DNA of 62,971 nucleotides, the filler included, from Licmophora abbreviata (Eukaryota): NCBI GenBank assembly GCA_900291995.1. It is 17 parts of 17 records of this genome, joined end to end, with 100 filler letters (N's around TTAATTAATTAA, not from the genome) between each part and the next. Parts side by side here need not be neighbours in the genome. Positions count along the whole stretch, not along the records: positions 51,325 to 61,786 come from OLMU01006215.1; positions 61,887 to 62,971 come from OLMU01006219.1; 15 more parts are not named here. The stretch is one strand, 5' to 3'. Shown piece by piece: positions 54,186 through 62,971 of the stretch (position 1 is the first letter of the stretch; every line of letters starts with the position of its first letter). The translations under genes were made by a program, and so were the position numbers. The notes under the pieces are model-generated. The model made no database searches. It worked only from the letters and a program-made list of their open reading frames with translations, and was not told the DNA's origin.

Positions 54186-55125
54186 TGTAACGTGATGTCG
54201 AGAGTGGAAAGAATGAATGCGTTTCTATGCACACCCAACTTGCTCACATGACGCTCGCAACAAGCGCGATACACGGCTGCGTGACGACTATCGCGATTGA
54301 TTGTGTGGCTTCCAAACAGTCGTGATGATTGCTAACCTTATGTATGTATACAATCATTTGACTTGGTCTTAATAGTGAAACGTGATACAGCCTGTCACGG
54401 CCACGATCCATAAGTGGCTCTGCAGTATAATATTGCCTCCCTTGGTACACTTTCGTCGTTGAGTTCTACTTGCGTTCCCATTCTTCATTCGAAACACACG
54501 AACGCTCTCAACTCTCACAAAGCTATAGTAGAAGTCTGATGCTGGTGATCGACGACGGTGTCAATCATGTGTGTCGTCGACGACGTTACCGTACTGCGCA
54601 GCTGTTTTTTCTCGATAATCTCGACTTGAATCACACTACAATGTCGTCTGAGGAAGAATGCGTTGAAGTCAAGCGCGAGCACAAGCGCCCTCGGTTCGAG
54701 AAAGATATCGATGTTGAAGGAGGAAAAAGAAAAACAACTATTCGGATATGGTAGAGACTGTTGAGAAGACTGGCATCACCGCGCGGAAGCCATCAGCAAC
54801 GTCATCTTCAGCCGCGACAGTCAGTACGAGTGAGTCGCCAACGTCAGCATTTCTCCATCCGCCTGCTAGAGTCCAAGTAGTTGGTCGCAAAGGAAAAAAC
54901 AGAGGACAAGTCCACGATCAGTGCTCGCCTTGACAAACCTTGCACCGAACAGAAGAATATTGACAACCCGCAGAAACTGGCAAAGCTTCAAGTGGACAAT
55001 GTAAGACATATCCAACAATATCTGCTCAGCTCGTTACTTTATCGTTAACCGCCCTGGAAGTGTTGTGTCGTCTATCTACTCTCAAGTCGATCAGAGCGAC
55101 CCACCTCGCGTTACCAGCACCTCCA

Positions 55126-57321
55126 CTACAACGACACCGTGTATGACCGTCCGTTTGGATTGTGAACAGATGTCGCGGCGATAGCGTCACCGTTCGGTTC
55201 TGCCACGACAGCCAACCATTCGTACCAGACTCGCCCGCTCGTCCCCGTGGTATTCGTTTCCGCTCGTCGCCAAACGCTGCACAGCAGCGACGCTCCTGCA
55301 GGGACAATAAGCGGTTCTCGTAGCGGGAAGTAGAGTGGGAACCAACTGAACATGCCTTTGGAAAATTCGCTCGGTCGCGTGCTAATCAACACAGGGGGCT
55401 CTGATGACGTTGGCTCGTACAAGACCGCCGTAAAGGTCCCGACAAAGCCATGAACGGTCACAGTACCACCTGTCCCTGTCACATGCTTCACCAAATCCAC
55501 CATGATTGCTGTATCGACTGGACCATAGCCTGATCCATATCCAGCTCCATGTCGCGGGTCAGGTTTGAACTCGAGATGGGCCGTTCGTTCCTGACTCGCG
55601 TCCATGCTGGTTGGATGAACAAAGTCCCAACACGCCTGCTCCACGTGAGTCTGACATGCAGCATGTGTTCTCACCACATATGGGGTCTCCATAGCCCGGA
55701 GATTTCCCATCGGGGCCGAGTCCATGCCGTCCGTCGCGTTCGAAGGAAAGTACGCTTGCGCACGAGCTTCACTGTGCAATCGCATACTCGAAACAGGGGC
55801 CAGATAGGCTGTATATTTCTGCGGAATACAGACAGTCGACTCTTTCCATAAGCCTGTGTGGTAGAAGCCATCAAGACATTCCGGTGACAGCTCATTGTCC
55901 CCAAAGCTCCCCAACAATTCGGAGACGACAATATCAGCTTGACGATCGTTGAAAGACTGTGGTGAGAGCTGCCGCATGTCCGATTGAACAATCTGCACGG
56001 TTCCCTTCCACTTCGGGTCATGATGCGCCCGACTTTGTAGATAAACAACTGCAGAAGGATTCTTCTCGACGGCGTAGATCTGAAACTGCACAAAGAAGGG
56101 AACTGAGGAAAGATCAGCAATAGCCTGCAATGCGGCGGAAACAAGCGGGCCTCGTCCCGCTCCCACCACGACAAGCACCACAGTAGAAGAAGCACCACTC
56201 GGTTTTAGCTGGTTGAGTCCATCATGAAGTGCACATCCAATTGCTTTCTCGTACTGATCGTATTTCACAGGATCCTTTTCAAACGTTTCGTACGTCTGGA
56301 ATTCCAACTGATCCGCGAGGGGTTGCAATGGCCGCTGCAAATGATCCAAGTATGCTTCCTCCATGCTTGCTTCTGCGGAGTCTAACAAAGTTGTGATTTC
56401 CGGTCGCTGTCGAACATGACGAATGTACTGGAGATAAGGCAGGCACTGACTTTGTCCCATGTGTTGTGGATCAGGCAATGTGTGTACGGTAGGTCCTTCA
56501 ACGAGTACGCGCAACGTCCGTCCCAGTCGTCGCAGCACTTCGGTCAATATCACCTGGTGCGTCTTGGAAAGAGCAGGAAATCCTCGTTTATTGGTGAGAA
56601 AGATACTGGTGGGGATGCAGATACACTTGAGTTGCAGCCCGATCGCCTTGTGCAAGAGGATGAGCAGGGACGCCAGTGCGTGTTTGCTCGACTCGGCACC
56701 AGTACTGCTTTCGTTCGCACTGAGAACCAGCATCATTCCGACATTGTTGGCACCATCGCAGTGACGATGTAGCCTTTGGAAGTGATGAAGCGACTTTTCA
56801 GTGAGATAAACGGGAACCCACACGTTGCCACCGGTGGCGCTCGCTTGCAGTGCTAGAGATGAAATCAATTGTGCATGGTTGTGGAGTGCTGAGTGAGTAG
56901 TCGCATCGGACGAAGCCTGTGGTGGTGGAGGGACTAATACAGCTGGGAGATTCATGTGATTTGCCCATTCCATCTGGTCCGATGTGATCTGAGTATCCTT
57001 CGGCACATGCCCGACGACGCTGGTGCGCCACCAGCGAGCGTCGAGTACTGTCACGTCAGCGCGGGGTTCTTGTTCATGTGCGGTCGAGGGAAGCTGTGTC
57101 GTGACATAATCAAATCCATCGGCGCGAGCAACCTTTAATAGCTGAGCGGCATCTATTGGAAGCAAGAAAGGAGCATAGAAACAGACAGTTGAATGACGCG
57201 AAACGAGTGAATCCCCGTTTTGGTACCGGTATGACTGCCGGCTGCCGTGTCGAACTGACCCACCTTGAGAATCAGGGATGGAAAGTCCCACAACTAAATT
57301 TCCTTTCTCGTCGTTCGACAT
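55126..57321 (-). CDS. PRMT5: Protein arginine N-methyltransferase 5
   Basis: PLQPL.DQLE..TYETFEKDPVKY, VVGAGRGPLV, AVEKN, DIVVSELLGSFGDNELSPECLD and GMFSWFP; probable in-frame intron 57263-57153. Confidence 0.97.
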   Translation of the reverse strand: MSNDEKGNLVVGLSIPDSQGGSVRHGSRQSYRYQNGDSLVSRHSTVCFYAPFLLPIDAAQLLKVARADGFDYVTTQLPSTAHEQEPRADVTVLDARWWRTSVVGHVPKDTQITSDQMEWANHMNLPAVLVPPPPQASSDATTHSALHNHAQLISSLALQASATGGNVWVPVYLTEKSLHHFQRLHRHCDGANNVGMMLVLSANESSTGAESSKHALASLLILLHKAIGLQLKCICIPTSIFLTNKRGFPALSKTHQVILTEVLRRLGRTLRVLVEGPTVHTLPDPQHMGQSQCLPYLQYIRHVRQRPEITTLLDSAEASMEEAYLDHLQRPLQPLADQLEFQTYETFEKDPVKYDQYEKAIGCALHDGLNQLKPSGASSTVVLVVVGAGRGPLVSAALQAIADLSSVPFFVQFQIYAVEKNPSAVVYLQSRAHHDPKWKGTVQIVQSDMRQLSPQSFNDRQADIVVSELLGSFGDNELSPECLDGFYHTGLWKESTVCIPQKYTAYLAPVSSMRLHSEARAQAYFPSNATDGMDSAPMGNLRAMETPYVVRTHAACQTHVEQACWDFVHPTSMDASQERTAHLEFKPDPRHGAGYGSGYGPVDTAIMVDLVKHVTGTGGTVTVHGFVGTFTAVLYEPTSSEPPVLISTRPSEFSKGMFSWFPLYFPLREPLIVPAGASLLCSVWRRAETNTTGTSGRVWYEWLAVVAEPNGDAIAATSVHNPNGRSYTVSL

Positions 57322-57657
57322 GATAGTTAGCGAAGATACAATGCGATGGCAGCGGGGAAGTATCAGGCAAGGCCTTCGCAAGGGTACTTTTGCAATGAGA
57401 CGGTCCCGAGCCGCATTCTGTTTTTCTGAGTTTGATGAGAGGCGCGCGCAGTTTGCTTGCTCATCAAAGCCCAGAACCCGTTCTCACAGTTCTCTTTTTC
57501 AAGTATTTTTGAAATTTCGAAACTAATAAAAAAATTCGAAATTTCATATTTTGAACCCAAACACACTGAACACTGCTGTACCCATCTCACACCAATGCCG
57601 CAGCAGCATGATGATGAGATATTTCTTGTCGCTGCTTTCATCAGCAACCTCAGAGAT

Positions 57658-58326
57658 ATGCCTGGACCCAGTCAGAGCGACCTAGAGGCTGCAATCAGTA
57701 AGCCAGATCAGACGGCCATGGACGGACATGTAGAAAATGCCGGCACTGGCTGCCCTCTCTCCAAGGAGCTTTCACCTGCTGCTGGTGCCTCTTTGCAATC
57801 TCATGATCTAGTGGGCGGTCTGCCAAGTGCTCGCGACGAGGGGAATCCAGTAGAAGACTCCGCAGTCGACCAGTCGGTCGCGCCTACCTTGGGGCCTATG
57901 GAGCGCAGGGGCGCGCATACGATATACCCTGTCATTCCGAGCATTGGAGAACGAAAGGAGCGAGTTCGTCGCTTCATCTCAGAGCAAAGCGAACTCGACA
58001 GCAACCCATCATTAGAAGACGAGGTTGGGGCTGCTGGTGCTAGGCACAAGAAGAATCGCCTGCGGGATGTCTTTATTCCGCGTCGTATACGACGAAGACT
58101 TGTAGACGGCTACTATCAAGAGTTTCTGCCGGAGCATGGCGAGATTCGTAGCTTCTCACAGTTGCAAGAGCGACTTGAGGAACAATACAATTCTCACCAT
58201 GAGGACGTTGGTAACAAGCTATTGTGGGATCCATGTGAAGAATATGCATGGCAACTGATGAACATGGAATTTGAGAACCGAGACTTCAATGGCTCGAAGG
58301 GGTCAGTCGAACTTTTAAAACTATGA
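57658..58326 (+). CDS. Hypothetical protein
   Basis: Long ORF divergent from PRMT5; start uncertain. Confidence 0.45.
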   Translation: MPGPSQSDLEAAISKPDQTAMDGHVENAGTGCPLSKELSPAAGASLQSHDLVGGLPSARDEGNPVEDSAVDQSVAPTLGPMERRGAHTIYPVIPSIGERKERVRRFISEQSELDSNPSLEDEVGAAGARHKKNRLRDVFIPRRIRRRLVDGYYQEFLPEHGEIRSFSQLQERLEEQYNSHHEDVGNKLLWDPCEEYAWQLMNMEFENRDFNGSKGSVELLKL

Positions 58327-58479
58327 CATGGGACTCATGGGTACCAGGTAGAGCATCCTAAGCTTCCAGGCGCCCCGCTAGCTCGAACCGTCTCGAGGTA
58401 CCTGGTACTTCTCTTTCACTCTCTAGTTCTATGCTCTTTCACTTGCCGTATATGCTAGTGCGCCGCTCGACCATTAGTT

Positions 58480-59643
58480 CTACACACTAGCGTCCTCAAT
58501 CTTTTCCAAAAGCGCTCGTATCAAAAACTGTTTCTTCGACAACTGCCGAACGTGTTTCAGGTGCACCAGCAGGTCAATGCTGCTTTTTTGCAAAGCTAAG
58601 TCCATGAAGTAGAGCGCGTCAGTGAGAGATGCATTCTGTGCCGTCAAGTCGAGTTGCTGTTTGTCGAGGACACTCGAAGGCACACAGAGATCATCAACAG
58701 ACTGCGATTGAGGCTCGTTCTCCACCGTACTCTTCTTCGCGACTCGGGTCCGCTCCAAGGCCTCTTGCATGTCCACTAGCGCTTTATCGATGGTTTCATG
58801 GTGCCCTTTCAGCTGCGTTTCTTGGCTGGACAGGAATTCAAGTTGCTGCGTAAGTCCACTCTCTTGTTCGAGTTTCCGTTGGTCTTGAAGATCCTGAATC
58901 AAAGTCTGTTTCGTCTGCTGTTGAAGTTGACGTAGCTGCGACTCGAGCTTCTGGCCGACCTGCTCTTGGAGCTGTTTGAGCTTGTCTCGTTCGAATCGTT
59001 GCTGCGCTTGTCGCTGTTGTTCTTTTTCTCGTTCGAGTCGTTCGGCCTCGCGCGCCGCTTCTGCAGCGCGGTTCGCCTCCGCTACCTCACGTGCCACCAC
59101 CTGCTGGACTTGTGCGAGACTGTCGCGATCCAAATTTGAGGATGAAGCAGTAGTGGCGGTCGCAGTGGTGGTGCTGCTTGCACTTCTACCGGTGCGAGTG
59201 AACACGGGAGGATCTGCACTGAATACAGAGCTCATGTTGACAATGAGCTCTATAAGATCGTGTGTGTGCGGTCTCCACTCGTGTAAGTAGGGTAGGTACA
59301 CACAGCCGTCGCTTCCCACGTGAGCATGGCGTTCCTTGTAATACATATTCTTCGCTCCAAGCCTAACGAAACACACGGGCGTCCGTACGGGGTATCCCGG
59401 CGGTAAGTATATGTCTACCATCAATTGATACGTATTTCCCTTAAAATGTATGGCGATGGTTCCTTGTAAACAAAGAGTTTGAGAGGAAGAGCCGTCGTTT
59501 TCGACCAGCTGCTGCAATTTGGGCTGCAGGTGCTGACCAACAGGACTTCGCAGCGCAGCGCTGGCATCGCGGTCCACTCGAGACGGATCCCGATACAAGC
59601 CGCCGAGACGATTCAGCAAAGCTGACACCCGAGGATCCGACAT
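58480..59643 (-). CDS. TSG101: ESCRT-I subunit TSG101/Vps23
   Basis: UEV domain (L.GTI..F.GNTY, YP...P.CFV, G.VYLPYLHEW), coiled coil and steadiness box (LKHVRQLSKKQF..RAL). Confidence 0.93.
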   Translation of the reverse strand: MSDPRVSALLNRLGGLYRDPSRVDRDASAALRSPVGQHLQPKLQQLVENDGSSSQTLCLQGTIAIHFKGNTYQLMVDIYLPPGYPVRTPVCFVRLGAKNMYYKERHAHVGSDGCVYLPYLHEWRPHTHDLIELIVNMSSVFSADPPVFTRTGRSASSTTTATATTASSSNLDRDSLAQVQQVVAREVAEANRAAEAAREAERLEREKEQQRQAQQRFERDKLKQLQEQVGQKLESQLRQLQQQTKQTLIQDLQDQRKLEQESGLTQQLEFLSSQETQLKGHHETIDKALVDMQEALERTRVAKKSTVENEPQSQSVDDLCVPSSVLDKQQLDLTAQNASLTDALYFMDLALQKSSIDLLVHLKHVRQLSKKQFLIRALLEKIEDASV

Positions 59644-60147
59644 GAAACGAATTTAAATACGCAGAAGTGGTTGAGCGTTCTCGAGCAGGGACTACAATGG
59701 CGGTCTTCACTCACGTGTCACTGCATCTCGGTCAAGTCGTGCCGTTGTGCACATCATCAACCTTGAAATCGGAAGTCTGTCCATCTTCCAGCTCACAAAG
59801 CGAATGAATGAATCATTCGACTCAACACTCCCTTTTGGTCTACGAAATCGCTCATTGGGCCTTTCTAAATCTTATGGATTTCTAAAAGCGCATATATATC
59901 CAACGCATGACTGGACTATCAATGCCGCCAATAAACTTTCATACACGTATTAGTATACGTTTACAATAATTAAATTTGATGCATCTGAGTACCTAGGGCG
60001 TTCCAACATTTGGCGAGAGACATCGGACGCACCTCACTTTTTCAATCACCGCACATGGTGGGGAACGTTCCACATCGGCGTTGAAAAGGGAAGTTATTGA
60101 TACCTAATTTGAACGTGTCACTTTACAAATAGAATTAAGCATCCACC

Positions 60148-61742
60148 ATGAGCCGCTTTGTCTGCAACGGACTTGTGGTGATGTCGCTCTGCACGAGCAT
60201 CCTGGTAGCAGCGGTTGAACACGAAGCGAAGTCCGGTCACGCTCGTTCCATCGACTCATCGAGCCCTCGCAGACTGCGCCACCGGCGCGCTTTCCGGCAA
60301 CCGAGTCCCCTTGATTTCATTCTTATCGATGAAAATGAAGAAGCAAGCAAACAGTTTAGGGTCGATCCAACATTCGTGTCTGACTACTGGGACCGTGATG
60401 ACAGCATGAGCGTTCCAACCATGCCCTTCCTCGCCATCTCCCACGCTCACTCCACCCCTTTCACCAGCACCGACGATTGCTGATTTGACGCCAGCTCCTA
60501 CTCCAGAGCCAACGGAGTCGATACCGACTAGTCCGCCCCTGACGGCGACTCCAACCGTGGTGCCTGTGGCGACGCCTGCTCCTACCATGGTGGCCACTAC
60601 CCTCCCTCCGACGTCTCCTACTACATCCCCCTCCACGCTCTCACCGACTCAAGGCCCCTCAGGCATCCCCAGTCAGGCACCCTCTGTTGCGCCATCGGAC
60701 ATTCCTACAAGTTTTCCCACCAGCTTTCCTACGCAAACCTGTAACCTCTCAGAAGAAGACCGTGCTTTTCTGATCCGTTCCTTCTTGGAGGTTGTAAGCG
60801 ACCCTGATGAGTTAGACGAGGAAGGTTCGCCCCAGAATCTAGCCATGACATGGTTGCTAGAGGAAGATATGGCGTACATGTGCCCACAGGATGGGAACTT
60901 GATTCAGAGATATGTATTAGCGGTATTCTATTATAGCACGGAAGGAGATGACTGGAGAGAATGCTCGGCACCTGATGACTTCGAGAGCTCAGAGAGCATT
61001 GCAGAAGCCAATGAAGCGTGTATGATTGAAGTGGTTGGTGCGGAGGGCAACGATGCATGGCTAAGCCCAAGCAGCGAATGTCTCTGGGGCGGTTTGGTGT
61101 GCAACAGTGACGGTTGGATTGATCGGGTTGACCTTGGTAAGCATGTTCAGCGCATATGTCGAATCGAATTGGGAAGACTCTGTTGCTGACCGTTTTCCTC
61201 ACGCTGCTCGATCTCTGTGTCCATTTTCATCTCCAGAAACAAACGAGGTGTCTGGTACTCTTCCTGGCGAGCTCGGTCGCTTGAACAGTATGCGCTTCTT
61301 TCTTGTTGAGGATGGACTCGTAACGGGTACCATCCCCACCGAGATTGGCGGCATCAGCTCACTCCGTGAGTTTGATCTCAATGCCAACTCCTTGACTGGA
61401 CCCATCCCCGAGAGCATCTACGGACTGAGTAATCTCAAAGAGCTGGACCTTGATGATAACCTACTCACTGGCTCGATTAGTACCAGGATTGAGCAGTTGA
61501 GCCAGCTGGCCTTCTTGCAAGTCAATACGAACAAACTAACTGGCAATATCCCCACCAGTGTAGGAAACCTCTTCTTGCTCGAGTTTGCGTTGTTCGACAA
61601 CAACCAGTTTTCGGGGAGTGTCCCCGATCTTTTGTGCCAGAATAGATCAGGATTACTGGAGCTTGTGACGGCGGACTGTCTGGGTGCCCCGGGGCGTCCT
61701 TCGCCGCCCTTCGTGAGCTGCACATGTTGCACCTGTTTCTAA
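60148..61742 (+). CDS. Secreted diatom LRR protein with Pro/Thr stalk; apparent 1-nt frameshift near 60410-60425
   Basis: Signal peptide, SPQ..A..WL, LIQRYVLAVFYYST, EC.W.G, plant-type LRRs and C.CC..C end; GT-AG intron 61137-61236. Confidence 0.85.
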
Positions 61743-62024
61743 AATTGAAAATGAGAAGAACTGTGCCTGATACATGACTCATACACNNNNNNNNNNNNNN
61801 NNNNNNNNNNNNNNNNNNNNNNNNNNNNNNTTAATTAATTAANNNNNNNNNNNNNNNNNNNNNNNNNNNNNNNNNNNNNNNNNNNNCTGCTCGTCTTTCA
61901 AATAGCGTTTCGACTTCTATGGAGCGCTGAAACATCATCATGCCCCGTTAAATCAGCGAGACTGCGGCAGAAACGACCCCTCCTACCTCACAGCTACCTC
62001 AGTGTCGGCAAAGAAGAGGAACTC

Positions 62025-62879
62025 TTGTTTTCTCCTCCGTCCATCCCTCCGCCGTACCCAGGTTTACATCAACACGAACTGAGTGCTCTAATCATGCTAC
62101 GCGTCTTCCCAGAAGACATGCTGAAGTTTTCTCGAGACGAAATTGATCAGTGGATGGCCTACATGTCCTTTGCCGGCGTCACGCATTTCTATGTCTACGA
62201 CAACTGTTTACGGGAAGCAGAGTGCCAGACGTATCTATCGAAACACCCGAATATCACCTATACCCGATGGTCCGTGCCAGACTATAAAGACGCACAGACA
62301 CCGGCATACAATCACCATTGGCAGACTCATTTTCCCCAATCTCGATACGAAATCTTGTTGGACGTGGATGAGTACCCCTTCATGCCCAACGATACAAAGG
62401 AAGACTTTCTACTGCGATATGTCTTGCAACGCGACAGCGGTCAGTTGCTGCTCCGAACCATGTTCTTTGGGGGTAAAGCCGACTCGAATCACTCGCATAG
62501 AGTAATGCGCTATCGATATCGACGAGCGGAACCACACGAGCCTGAAGCACGAACGAAGCCGATATATCGACCAGAACTAGTCGACTACCACAATCCGATC
62601 AATCTTCATCAAGTTGCGTTTTGGCCTGCTGCTGGGGAAGAATTACTTGCGCAGAAACTGGAGGAGCACCCCTCAGAGAAACAAGGAGGAGTGGTGGACG
62701 ATTTAGCAGGAGTAATGCCTAGGTTTTTTGACTGGACGGAGAACCCCAACGTCATTCGGCTCAATCACTACTGGTGTGAGCGACTAATCGACGAAGATCC
62801 GAAAGCGACCGTGTTTGACGACTCGATACACAACGTACTCGACGAAATGAAAGTCGCAAATCGACTTGGTTACTTGTAA
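62025..62879 (+). CDS. Glycosyltransferase family 92 / GT-A-like protein, start uncertain
   Basis: W.AY...GV.HFYVYDN, Q..AYN, LDVDEY and RLNHY motifs. Confidence 0.75.
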   Translation: MFSPPSIPPPYPGLHQHELSALIMLRVFPEDMLKFSRDEIDQWMAYMSFAGVTHFYVYDNCLREAECQTYLSKHPNITYTRWSVPDYKDAQTPAYNHHWQTHFPQSRYEILLDVDEYPFMPNDTKEDFLLRYVLQRDSGQLLLRTMFFGGKADSNHSHRVMRYRYRRAEPHEPEARTKPIYRPELVDYHNPINLHQVAFWPAAGEELLAQKLEEHPSEKQGGVVDDLAGVMPRFFDWTENPNVIRLNHYWCERLIDEDPKATVFDDSIHNVLDEMKVANRLGYL

Positions 62880-62971
62880 ATTAGACAGTGATGAACGTGA
62901 CGTCGTGCATTGGGCTGTGGACGTCCGCTCTCCCGATCACTCGCACTGCATCAATCATTGTGATCCCGATG

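Noticed and set aside
12790..59643. VPS20, TSG101, BET3 and Sec7 as a trafficking gene cluster
   Set aside because: They are on separate contigs with unverified linkage and are common housekeeping genes.

Overview
The window is a concatenation of 17 contigs joined by artificial N-run/TTAATTAATTAA spacers, and it mixes two genomes. Positions 1-21124 and 44837-62971 are diatom nuclear DNA: a silicon transporter, GT-AG introns, and ARMC6, BET3, Cid1-type nucleotidyltransferase, VPS20, Sec7-GEF, PRMT5 and TSG101 homologues. Positions 21225-44736 are five colinear, visibly GC-richer contigs of an alphaproteobacterial (probably Rhodobacterales) lambda-like prophage, most likely from a diatom-associated bacterium; no physical junction to the diatom DNA is visible. 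The strongest observations are in the prophage. (1) The terminase large subunit is interrupted in its Walker A motif by a class 3 (Ala1, WCT) intein that is itself divided between two overlapping ORFs, with the LAGLIDADG nuclease on the C-half: a candidate natural split class 3 intein. (2) A regulatory cascade without a visible CI repressor can be read from the DNA: an alphaproteobacterial LexA box, an operon ending in an ECF-like sigma factor, two matching TGGGACG-N14-TGAGTAGGAG sites in front of the replication and recombination modules, and 15-bp-phased TGAGACA repeats before the late region. (3) There is a lambda-like cosQ/cosN/cosB site and an iteron-rich candidate origin. Family names come from motif recognition and memory, not from database searches.
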